Positions 1 through 10,714 of a stretch of DNA of 64,000 bases are shown in pieces. Every line of letters begins with the position of its first letter. The stretch's first letter is position 1. Both the position numbers and the translations under genes were made by a program. The notes under the pieces are model-generated. The model saw only the letters and a program-made list of their open reading frames with translations. It ran no database searches and was not told the origin of the DNA. The stretch is from assembly GCF_963921235.1 (NCBI RefSeq), contig NC_086097.1:195116001-195180000 (forward strand). Direction: 5' to 3'. Source of the stretch: Mobula hypostoma (Eukaryota).

Positions 1-282
1 AGACCCTTTGTCAGGACTAACGGAAGGAAGAGTGAGTAAGGGATTTGAAAGTTGAAGGGGGAGGGGGAGACCCAAAATGATAGGAGAAGACAGGAGGGGA
101 AAGGATGAAGCCAAGAGCTGGACAGGTAATAGGCAAAAGGGATACGAGAGGATCATGGGACAGGAGGTCTGGGAATTATCCCCCTTGTTCAATCCCTTCC
201 TACCTATGTTTGTGACACTTGTCGCGCTCTTAAACTTTTCGATGATTTTAAGTTCCCTGGCCCCCACCGCTTTATTTTCACC

Positions 283-1644
283 ATGGATGTCCAGTCCCTA
301 TATACTTCCATCCCCCATCAGGAAGGTCTCAAAGCTCTACGCTTCTTTTTGGATTCCAGACCTAATCAGTTCCCCTCTACCACCACTCTGCTCCGTCTAG
401 CGGAATTAGTCCTTACTCTTAATAATTTCTCCTTTGGCTCCTCCCACTTCCTCCAAACTAAAGGTGTAGCTATGGGCACCCATATGGGTCCTAGCTATGC
501 CTGCCTTTTTGTTGGCTTTGTGGAACAATTTATGTTCTGTGCCTATTCTGGTATCTGTACCCCACTTTTCCTTCGCTACATCGATGACTGCATTGGCGCT
601 GCTTCCTGCACGCATGCTAAGCTCATTGACTTTATTAACTTTGCCTCCAACTTTCACCCTGCCCTCAAGTTTACCTGGTCCATTTCCGACACCTCCCTCC
701 CCTTTTTAGATCTTTCTGTCTCTGTCTCTGGAGACAGCTTATCTACTGATGTCTACTATAAGCCTACTGACTCTCACAGCTATCTGGACTATTCCCCTTC
801 TCACCCTGTCTCTTGCAAAAATGCCATCCCCTTCTCGCAATTCCTCCGTCTCTGCCGCATCTGCTCTCAGGATGAGGCTTTTCATTCTAGGACGAGGGAG
901 ATGTCTTCCTTTTTTAAAGAAAGGGGCTTCCCTTCCTCCACTATCAACTCTGCTCTTAAACACATCTCCCTCATTTCACGTACATCTGCTCTCCCTCCAT
1001 CCTCCCACCACCCCACTAGGAATAGGGTTCTCCTGGTCCTCACCTACCACCCCACCAGCCTCCGGGTCCAACATATTATTCTCCGTAACTTCCGCCACCT
1101 CCAATGGGATCCCACCACTAAGCACATCTTTCCCTCCCCCCCTCTCTCTGCATTCCGCAGGGATCGCTCCCTACGCAACTCCCTTGTCCATTCGTCCCCC
1201 CCATCCCTCCCCACTGATCTCCCTCCTGGCACTTATCCGTGTAAGCGGAACAAGTGCGACACATGCCCTTACACTTCCTTCCTTACCACCATTCAGGGCC
1301 CCAAACAGTCCTTCCAGGTGAGGCAACACTTCACCTGTGAGTCGGCTGGGGTGATATACTGCGTCCGGTGCTCCCGATGTGGCCCTTTATATATTGGCGA
1401 GACCCGACGCAGACTGGGAGACCGCTTTGCTGAACACCTACGCTCTGTCCGCCAGAGAAAGCAGGATCTCCCAGTGGCCACACATTTTAATTCCACATCC
1501 CATTCCCATTCTGACATGTCTATCCACGGCCGCCTCTACTGTAAAGATGAAGCCACACTCAGGTTGGAGGAACAACACCTTATATTCCGTCTGGGTAGCC
1601 TCCAACCTGATGGCATGAACATCGACTTCCCTAACTTCCGCTAA
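283..1644 (+). CDS. PLE reverse transcriptase + GIY-YIG endonuclease, N-terminally truncated (ATG at 283 is internal to RT)
   Basis: Motifs MDVQSLYTSI, GVAMGT, RYIDD, YYKPTD, Cys linker CKRNKCDTC, and GVIYCVRCSRCGPLYIGET. The frame stays open upstream to the inversion junction near 176-181. Confidence 0.93.
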   Translation: MDVQSLYTSIPHQEGLKALRFFLDSRPNQFPSTTTLLRLAELVLTLNNFSFGSSHFLQTKGVAMGTHMGPSYACLFVGFVEQFMFCAYSGICTPLFLRYIDDCIGAASCTHAKLIDFINFASNFHPALKFTWSISDTSLPFLDLSVSVSGDSLSTDVYYKPTDSHSYLDYSPSHPVSCKNAIPFSQFLRLCRICSQDEAFHSRTREMSSFFKERGFPSSTINSALKHISLISRTSALPPSSHHPTRNRVLLVLTYHPTSLRVQHIILRNFRHLQWDPTTKHIFPSPPLSAFRRDRSLRNSLVHSSPPSLPTDLPPGTYPCKRNKCDTCPYTSFLTTIQGPKQSFQVRQHFTCESAGVIYCVRCSRCGPLYIGETRRRLGDRFAEHLRSVRQRKQDLPVATHFNSTSHSHSDMSIHGRLYCKDEATLRLEEQHLIFRLGSLQPDGMNIDFPNFR

Positions 1645-1935
1645 TGCCCCACCTCCCCCTCGTACCCCATCTGTTACTTATTTTTATACACACATTCTTT
1701 CTCTCACTCTCCTTTTTCTCCCTCTGTCCCTCTCAATATACCCCTTGCCCATCTTCTGGGTCCCCCCCCCCGTCTTTCTTCCCGGACCTCCTGTCCCATG
1801 ATCCTCTCATATCCCCTTTTGCCAATCACCTGTCCAGCTCTTGGCTCCATCCCTCCCCCTCCTGTCTTCTCCTATCATTTTGGATCTCCCCCTCCCCCTC
1901 CAACTTTCAAATCCCTTACTCACTCTTCCTTCAGT

Positions 1936-1973
1936 TAGTCCTGACGAAGGGTCTCGGCCTGAAACGTCGACTG
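1936..1973 (+). ncRNA. Minimal type I hammerhead ribozyme motif in pLTR
   Basis: AGTC-CTGACGA-A-GGGT(CTCG)GCCT-GAAAC-GTC-GACT: intact CUGAnGA and GAAA core, helix I AGTC/GACT, helix II with G-U pairs, short palindromic helix III (ACGT), GUC cleavage triplet. Confidence 0.85.
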
Positions 1974-3434
1974 CACCTCTTCCTGGAGATGCTGCCTGGC
2001 CTGCTGTGTTCACCAGCAACTTTGATGTGTTTTGCTAATATTTGAGGAGGTAGGTTGCTCCTCTGCTGCTCTTGTATCTAACACTCATAACCACCATAGC
2101 AGTAATTAAAACAGTACTTGCATTGCTTTGGGTATATCTCATTATGTCTTTGTATTTCATTTTTACTTGCCTGAAACCGAAGCTGAATGACCGATTAATC
2201 AGTATACACTGACATATAGACCTGAATAATTGGTATCCTGTTGGTTAAGAATGACAGGTACATGCACTTGATTACAAATCAATCCTCTCTTCAAAGCAAG
2301 AATCTCTTTCTGCGATTCTTCCAGCCCAGATGTCAGCTTAACTCTGTAAACTGTTAAAGCCATTGTTCAAAATTCAGGACACAAAGCCATCAGATTAATG
2401 CAAGAAATCATTTAAACCCATTTGTTTCTGTTATTCTTTTATCATAGAAGATTTCAAATATATTTATCTATTCAATGTTTGCATGCTTATCTCTAATTTT
2501 AATAAATCAATAAAGTTGAATTTTAAAAATCTTTAAATACAGTAATTTCCACATTCTTGATAAAATGTGTAAGTGAAGACCTTTAAATATAGGATACGTT
2601 CAGATCATACTGTTATGTATATAAATTATTATTCATCTTTATGCTATAAACCACATTATGATCATCTTTCTACTTTAATATGTATGGTTTTATGAGAATC
2701 ATTCTACTCACTTCCAGTAATTCCATATAACCTATTCATGAAATTAATAATATATAAGTATAATCTAATGATGCCATCCTGTCATCAGTTTCTTAATGCA
2801 GCAGAATACATTTTTTAGACATATGCTAAACCTACCCTCTAAAGAAATTTTTATCTTCCACTTTTGATTTCATTTTCTCGATTAAACAAGTTGGTGTAAA
2901 ATATATTGGAAAATGTCTTAGTGACCTCTGTCAAACCAAACTTATGAAAGGCTGGCAGCTGGCAGGGTTGCTAGGTAGGATAAAGACACATTTGATTTGT
3001 TGTTACAGTGCAGTCCTTAAATCAGGCACTCAACTGACAACTGATGAAGCTTTTTAGCAGGGATATCCTCCACCCACTGCATATCCTGCTATTACTCATA
3101 AAGTAACAACAAAGATTTGTATTTGCATAGTACATTTCATACAATAAAGCAACAAGGCGTTTTACAGGAACCAAATTAAATTGTCATAGTGTCGTAGGGT
3201 CAAATAGCACAAAATTGGCCTTTTGGCCCAACAAATCTGTAGTAACCATCAGGTCATAATGTTGCCAAAGAAATATTCAGATGAATGTGAGGATTAGCTT
3301 GAAGGAAAGAAATCTATGTTTTTGTACACAGTGTTAGTAGTGGGATAGAGAAGGTAATAGATCCACAATACACCAGAGATGGAGTTCGTCTTGAGAAGGT
3401 AGCAAGGCTGGACAAATTGAAAGTTGAAGAACTG

Positions 3435-3750
3435 GCAGTGATAAAACTGGTAGATTTGCAGCCTCAAAGCTTCAACAACCTAAGTTTAATCTGTACGGAG
3501 TTTGCACATTCTCCCAGTGACCATATGAATTGCCTTTGGGCTTCAAGACTTCCTCCCACATTTCAAACACATACGAGTTGGTAGGTTGCCCCTATTATAT
3601 AGGTGAATGGTAGAGTCCAGTGAGAATTAATGGGAATATGAAAAGAATAATTTAGGATTAGTATAAAATTAGAACAAATGGGCGTTTGAGTCAGTGCCAA
3701 GTTGATGGGCCAAAGCACTTGTTTTCATGCTGTGTGATTGTCTGACTGAG
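3435..3750 (+). mobile_element. HE1/V-SINE-like SINE, degenerate
   Basis: Core GGAGTTTGCACATTCTCCC...TTCCTCCCACATTTCAAA and a CR1-like 3' tail. Homologous to copies at ~12790 and ~40690. Confidence 0.7.
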
Positions 3751-4718
3751 TAACTTCAAGGCTATAGACTAACTTAACATGTGGATGAAGGTTTTGAAGC
3801 ACATTGGTGCTGAGGGAGCAAAAGTGTTTCAGCAACCACCTGTATGAAGATGCAAATTAGGATACAGGCTGCAGAACTTTGGATAAGATCAAGTCTGTGG
3901 AAAGTGGAAGATGAGACCTAAGCAGTAGAGCATTGGAATAATCTCAAAGTACCAATATTATACACAAAATTCTCAGAAACTGCTGATATTTTGAGGATGA
4001 AATTTCAAAATTTCCATGGGCAGTGATAGTCTTCCTGTCTGTGCCAATATTGCTAATTAAGGAGCATCATATGGTCATTAGCTATACCTGCCTGCTATAG
4101 ATGAGTACTGCCAACTGATGAGAAATGCATATACTATGTTTTATTATAAAAAAGTGTAGCTGGTTGATTTTTCATTAATTAATTAGCAAGTAAGATCTTT
4201 CACTCTCTTCCTTGTAAAAACTGCTAGCATTTGCTTGATGTTACCATTGGGCAAAATATCAGCTGATGTCATGCAGAGAATTTGTGCAAATAATTAAAAT
4301 AACGTGGTCCTGGTAAACTGAACTTTAGGTGTACTGAACTTAGTGCACAGCTGGTCATCTTGCAAGATCAGTGGATAGAAACAGTTACTTTGATTTCTCT
4401 GTTGTTAAAGGTTATTTTTCTATCCTGTTTCATTAACTTTTATTTTCAAAGTGAAATATAATAGGGTTTGCCATTAAAAGCTTCTCTAACACCTTGTGCT
4501 ACTAGGACAGCTGTGTCACGAAGCTAGATGTAAGATAAACGAGAAAGGGAAATTGTAGTGTTCTTGGACCAACAAGGTCCCACTAATATACCAAGCTGGT
4601 GAAAACATGGACAATCAAAGGCTTTGAAATTAGGGAGAAATTAACAAATTGGATTAAAACCTGGTAAGGAAATAAGTAAAATTTTGTGACACAAGAGTTT
4701 CTACGGTAAAATAGTAAA

Positions 4719-5407
4719 CTCTTCCTTCAGTTAGTCCTGACGAAGGGTCTCGGTCCGAAACGTCAACTGTACCTCTTCCGAGAGATGCTGCCTGGCCTGC
4801 TGCGTTCACCAGCAACTTTGATGTGTGTTGCCTGAATTTCCAGCATCTGCAGAATTCCTTGTGTTTACATTTTTAAATTCACTACTGCGAAGCCTCTTCC
4901 GTGACGCCTAAACTGAAGAAGTTTAAATCTTCTCTTTAATGGGAGTTCAGTGAAACCATCTCTCACTGCTCCCCATCTGTAATTTCTTTGGCTCTTCAAC
5001 TTTTCAACCACATTTTGACTCAGACTCGCTATCACAGCCATATATCCTTTCTTGGAACGTGCCTCCGTCGCCAACTTACTTCAGTTGGCTTTAGGATTCG
5101 TTTTCGAGCCTCTCAATTTTGACCTTCTGAGGATCCCAGGTACTCACATTTTATTGACGCTCCCTCTCCTCACTTCTCCCATCAAGATCTGAAGGCAACC
5201 CTCTCTGCCATGAGGAGGTATTTGGTGTCCCTATCCCAGACCTTTCCACACCTTCGGGACACTTTCTTCGCCATCTGTAATGGTCCTACTCGTTATTTCA
5301 TCCTCCGTCGGATCCATGCCTGCAATCGCCGTTTTTTTGACTTTGTCATGTTAGGCTAAGATCGCAGGATCTTACATCTGCAGACCCCAGAGCCTGCTGG
5401 CCCTGAC
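4719..5407 (+). mobile_element. PLE 5' fragment: pLTR followed by a decayed N-terminal ORF segment
   Basis: 4719-4830 matches the pLTR at 1923-2030. The downstream frame reads ...TRYHSHISFLGTCLRRQLTSVGFRIRF... with in-frame stops. Confidence 0.8.
4732..4769 (+). ncRNA. Minimal hammerhead ribozyme motif (pLTR copy)
   Basis: TAGTC-CTGACGA-A-GGGTCTCGGTCC-GAAAC-GTC-AACTG. Core intact, one mismatch in helix I. Confidence 0.75.
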
Positions 5408-5928
5408 GCTAATATAAAATTTAGAATAAAGACTGTGAGGAGAATAGTGTGCAAACTTTAATCTGATGCTTATTGAGTTGCATAATAGCATTTTAACAAG
5501 TTTTAAAAATATGGTAGAGTATACAATACAAGAGGAGAGATAAGATTCATTGATTTTCAAAGGGAGGTAGTGTAGTTATGGGGATAACAGATAGATCTGC
5601 AAATTGTGGTTCCCAAATGTGTAAGTTCAAACTCAAAGCTATTCTAAGCGGAATAAAACTAATATCAATTGAAACCGTAATTTTTTGAATGCCAGCATTT
5701 GGCTTTTTACGTGGAATTTTGGGATGTTTATGTAAACGTGGCTGGCATAAATTCACGAAGAATCTGACTGACATAAGCAATAAAAAGTCAAAAAAAAATT
5801 ACCTAAATAAAATACTGCAGACAGCCTGATCTCAAACCCAAAGCATTGACTGTTTAACTTTCTGCAGGTGATGCCTAACCTGCTGAATTTTTGTTTCTGT
5901 TCCTGTTTATGAATAAAATGGCCAGTGT

Positions 5929-6510
5929 AAGTCAAGTCAAGTTTATTGTCAGTTAACTATATACATGTATACTGTCAAATAAGACATTTCTTAGGACCAG
6001 GGTATAAAGTACAGTAGCATACATAACACACATGAAGCACACCATAACAGAGAAAGTAAGAATTAAATCTACAAATGAATAACACATAGATAACCAAAGT
6101 AAAGTGCATACATTAAATATTGTTGGGTATAGTACTAATGATCTGGTGACACTTTGAATATGATGTGGCAGAGAGTTCAGAAGCCTAATGGCCTGAGGGA
6201 AGGAATTGTTTCCTGATTTCATTGTTATGCATCGGAATCTCCTGCCTGATGGTAGAAGGTCAAAGAGGATGCTGGATGGGTGGGTGGAATCCTTAATTAT
6301 ACCAAGGTCCCTGCGTACACAGCACTCCTGGTTAATGTCCCTGATGGATGGTAGGGAGACCCTTATGATCCCTGTGGCCATTCTCATTGTCCATTGTAGG
6401 GACTTCTGGTCTGATGCTCTGCTACTCCCATACCAGATGGAGATGCAGCTTGTCAGGAATATCCCAATGGTGCTCCTGTAAAATTCAGTTAAGATGGGTG
6501 GGGGGGGGGA
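5929..6510 (-). mobile_element. Rex1/Babar-like LINE 3' fragment
   Basis: FYRSTI...SCISIWYG and LPSGRR...FPQAIRLLN motifs, then AATAAA and a (CTTGA)n tail on the minus strand. Confidence 0.8.
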
Positions 6511-6844
6511 GTTCATACAGTGCCTTGCCACCACTAGCAGAGGGGAGGATATATACAGCTACCAACACAATTACAGTGAACTCCCTCGGTATATAAGATG
6601 GTCTGCACTTCATTAAAATGAACTCAGTCATCGATGAACAGTGGGATGACACTGCTAAAGCGTCCATACACCAGTCCTCATGACAACAATGAATTATCTG
6701 ATGTGGTGGAACCAGGTACTGTACAGCTAGTAAGAACAGTAAAGATTAGAAATTAAAGTGCACCCTAAAGTTTAGTTGCACTTCCTAGAGGCTGAATGTG
6801 TGCCACACTAGACTGAAATTTGGATGGAGAGAGATAATCAGGTA

Positions 6845-7175
6845 AATGATTTATGATAGTAATTATTGTCACATGACTGAGTCACAGTAAAGAAGTTTTG
6901 TTTGCATGCCATTCAGACAAATCAATCCATAGCCAAGTACATTGAAGTAGTAGTATAAAAGGCAAAACAACGACAGAATGCAGTGCACTGCATAATACTA
7001 CAGTTACAGAAAAAGTGCAAAAGTACTGTGCAGATAGTCAAGTAAGATGCAAGAGCTAAAACAAAATAAACCGAGAAATCAAGAGTTCTTTATCTTATGA
7101 GTTCTATTAGTCTTATAACAGTGGAATAGAAGATGCTCTTGCTCCTAGAGGTACTGACTTTTACGCTTTTGTATC
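6845..7175 (-). mobile_element. Rex1/Babar-like 3' UTR remnant
   Basis: Similar to other Rex1 3' ends in the window (TTATTGTCACATG...TTTTACGCTTTTGTATCT). Confidence 0.5.
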
Positions 7176-8359
7176 TTATTGGCTATATTGGCTGTCTGTT
7201 GGTATGTTACTAGTTGTGAGCTTGAGAATGGGGGTCAGTGAAGTTGGTGGCAGCAGTTGAGAAGTGCTCAACAGAAGTTTATGGGTAATGTTCAGGTAGG
7301 TGATAAGTCTGGAAGTTTTGATGAGTAACTGATGTATGTTACCAGAGGTAGAGTTTTGCAAGTGTGTCAGGGGAACAGAGTGATGAAGGTTCATTCAGAT
7401 TGTCACTGGGCTGAGTTGAATCTTGGAGGAGGAAGATCAGAGCATGACTGGGCTAATCAGAGAGTCAGCATGAAGATCTGTGAGTAGAGAGATGTTTGAA
7501 TCTGGGTTGATTAGAGCGTCTTGACTATTGGTGGGCAAGACTAAATGGGGCAGGATGGCGATTTGTGTTGAATGCAGTCAGTTCAGTGATAAGAGTGGTG
7601 CCCTAATGACAAAAGGTATGCGTAGCTCTTAGCAGTGTTCTAATGTTGCAAAGACTTAATTATACCAGCAGCGAACTATCAGTCACCCCTGAGACAACTC
7701 TGCCTAATTTCCCTGCAGACGTTCCAAGACAAACGATGCAAAGATAACTTGATGCAAGTCCTACCCTTTCTACAGCCTCTCCAAATATCTGGCTGTAATG
7801 GTTGTGCCAAGTTGCAACATAAACAACAATTTAATGGTATTTAATGGAAATTAATGTATTTTATCAACACGTAATTTGTAGAGAAAAGGAAATAATTAAT
7901 TGGACACAAAATTGCAGCTATTGAACAAATTTTATAACATTCTTGGGCATAGTTTTTTCCTATGAATCATCCATATACCCTTATTATCTCTTGGGAGCTA
8001 CTATTGATAATATAGATTCTTTTCTGCATCATTTTATTCAAAATGGAAGTCTGTAAGCTTTTCAAAGTAAGGGATACTATTCTGATCAAGTGGAAGAACT
8101 TTTATTCTATATGTATCTGATGACCAGAGCACTCGAAATACACAAGTATAAAAATGATTTTAAAATCCTGTATTTAATATATTTTACCAGCTATGCCGAA
8201 TGGCTCCTTTGAAATACTATAGGAGAACTTTATATAAATAATAGTTTTTATTTAAGATGGTTCCTTTTTTTGATATGGAGCAAAATGACAATGAAAATTA
8301 TTTGAAAAGACATTAGTGTGTAAAATACTTTTGTAAATTCTAGATTGTAGGGGACATTA

Positions 8360-8800
8360 ACGTAAGAGGTAGAGGAGGATTAGGGTATTTATCCCTTGAA
8401 GCCACTCTGCCATTCCATAAAATAAAAGCTGAACCATTATCTAAATGTTACTTTCCAACATTGATTCCTTGATTCCATTAGTACTTAAAAATCTACTGAC
8501 CTTCGTTCTGAACATCCTGAATCTTCTCAACACACTTGAGTAGAAGATTCCAGTGTTCTTGGGGATTTGATTGAAATCATTGCTTCTCACCCCGGTGAAG
8601 AATGGACAAACACTTACTTTGAGATGGTGATTCTTGGTTCTAGACATGCTAGATAGGGAAACATTAAACCTGAGTCATTAAACTCTTTCAAGCCCCATAA
8701 GAATAATGTATGCTTTGATGAGATCGCATCTCATTCTTCTGAACTCTTGAGCCTATAAGTCCAGCCTGTTATAATTCTCCTATTCAGGATATTCATATGG
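8360..8800 (-). mobile_element. Degenerate CR1 3' fragment
   Basis: SRTKNHHLKV...PFFTGVR resembles the CR1 ORF2 C-terminus of the younger copies here. Confidence 0.6.
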
Positions 8801-9367
8801 CAAACCTGTTTTCCTAGAGAACAATCTGATAAATGTGGTCTCAGATGTGCATTGTCTCAGTTTATGTGTCTTAGAATCAAGATAAAGAGAAATTTCTTGA
8901 AAACCTTTGACTTTATTTAACCTTAAGTGCTGCTTATGCTAATTTTCAGTAGAGTTAGTAATATTGCTAGGTTAGTAATGCTTGAACATGAAGGCAATCA
9001 GAAGTATGGACAGTGGGAGAGTGTGGAGATGGGGATAGGATAGAAAATAGACTGAGACACAACATCAGCTGCAATTTTATTGATCAGTAGTGCAGGTTCA
9101 AGAGGGCATATTGTGTCCTTCTGCTTCCCCTTTATTCTGTTTTCATGTTCTTCTCAAATTATTAATTGTTGGAATATTGTAACTTATTATTGTAATAGTG
9201 TATTAGCAATTTTAACTCTTTGCCTTTTGATAGTGTTCATAACAAAGTGGCAGCCATTCTAAAAGCACTGGTAAAGGCTTATTTACAGTTTGCCATTAAA
9301 GTAATATCTGTAGAATTACTCTATATAGGATGTGTTGGCAAAAATTCTCCCAACTCAGAGCTACTAT

Positions 9368-9750
9368 TTTGTTTGTTTTGTGCCGTGTCGTATGTTGAAG
9401 GCGATCATGTTCTTGCCAAGACCATACTTGTTTATGACAAATTTTTCTACAGAAGTTGCTTGCCATTGCCTTATTCTGGGCAGTGTTTTTACCAGAGGGG
9501 TAAATCCAGCCATTACCAATACTCTTCAGAGGTTGTCTGCCTGGCATCAGTGGTCGCATAGCCAAGACTTTTGATATGCACTAGCTGCTCATATGACTAT
9601 CCACCACCTGCTCCCATGGCCCTGACCCTGTGACCCTGGTGGGGGGCTAAGCAGGTGCTATACCTTGCCCAAGGGTGGCCTGCAGGCTAGTGGAGAGAAA
9701 GAGCACTTACATCTCCTTTGACAAAGACGTATCTCTGCCCTGCCATCCAT
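9368..9750 (-). mobile_element. SINE-like element with RTE-type 3' part
   Basis: Minus strand has CACCCTTGGGCAAGG, AAGGCAATGGCAAGCAACTTCTG (Bov-A/RTE-like segment), and ...ACGACACGGCAC followed by an A-rich tail. Confidence 0.5.
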
Positions 9751-10249
9751 TTAGTAAACACATCAAATAATTTTGCGGCATTCAGTGCTAAATTCAATAT
9801 ATTATTGACTTACAATTTCAATGTTTTGTCAATGTAGCAAATGTTTAATCCCTGACCATTAATATTGCATAATATTTTCCTTTCTTTATTGTCAAACAAT
9901 CTGTTTCAATATGCATCACGTATAAATTCAGAATTAGTTTAGCTGACAAGCAAAACATAGAACAATTGTATATTGCATCATAGTTGTTATTGAAGGACTA
10001 CTTCTTGTGGTTCAAAGAGAGGTAAAATAACATTCTGCAAGATAATTAGCCCAATGGGACTAAATCATGAGGCCTGGCTTGATTCAAAAGCTGATCTCTG
10101 CTGCATTAGCTGGTGAGTGGGAGGTGAGTGAACGATGATGTTGTGGGGCAAAAGGGAATTACTGATTAAAATGTTTCATTTTAAAAATTGGATGTCTAAT
10201 AGTTTAGCCAGCAAATTCAGTCAATACCAAACCAATAAATATGACACAT

Positions 10250-10406
10250 AAACAACAGGAACTCTGCAAATGCTGGAAATTCAAGCAACACACATAAAAG
10301 TTGCTGGTGAACGCAGCAGGGTCCGGACGAAGGGTCTCGGCCTGAAACGTCGACTGCACCTCTTCTTGGAGATGCTGCCTGGCCTGCTGCATTCACCAGC
10401 AACTTT
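10250..10406. mobile_element. Mini fold-back PLE insertion (inverted pLTR end + direct hammerhead-containing pLTR piece) with 14-bp TSD
   Basis: TAAATATGACACAT occurs at 10236-10249 and 10407-10420. Arms 10296-10320 and 10383-10407 are reverse complements with one mismatch. Confidence 0.9.
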
Positions 10407-10714
10407 TAAATATGACACATTACAAATTGTCAGATTGTATCACGGAATTCAGATTGTCCCTGCAGTTTGATTTGGAATAAGAGTAATCACAGTGGAAATT
10501 GTTCACTATTTGTACTTTCTCCAGAGCACAGAGTTCTGAGGCCTAATAAAAGTGCATGCATTTGACCAAATAAGGAGACGCTGAAGTAAAATGAATACTT
10601 TTACTATGGCTAGTACTTTTGTTACGATAGTAACAGTCAGAACCTGATTTGAAAGTATTATGAAGTTTTATCACACTCTTTGTATTCAGTTAATTTTATG
10701 GAAACAGGGCATAG

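Larger units (their letters stand above)
1..2030 (+). mobile_element. Penelope-like element (Neptune-type), 5'-truncated, with an inverted pLTR copy at 1-175 that continues past the window start
   Basis: RT-GIY-YIG ORF followed by a pyrimidine-rich 3' region and pLTR. Bases 1-175 are the reverse complement of ~1779-1954 with scattered mismatches. Confidence 0.93.

Noticed and set aside
749..1321. 190-aa overlapping ORF inside the PLE
   Set aside because: An alternative frame of C/T-rich sequence that is poor in stop codons. No recognisable motifs.
7180..7620. Strand-biased G/T-rich block
   Set aside because: Probably an ancient retroelement remnant, but no motif could be assigned.
10204..10470. 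Recurrent short ORFs such as MLVNAAGQAASP... (also at 1807, 33940, 46892) as a small-protein family
   Set aside because: They are incidental translations of the repeated pLTR in both orientations.
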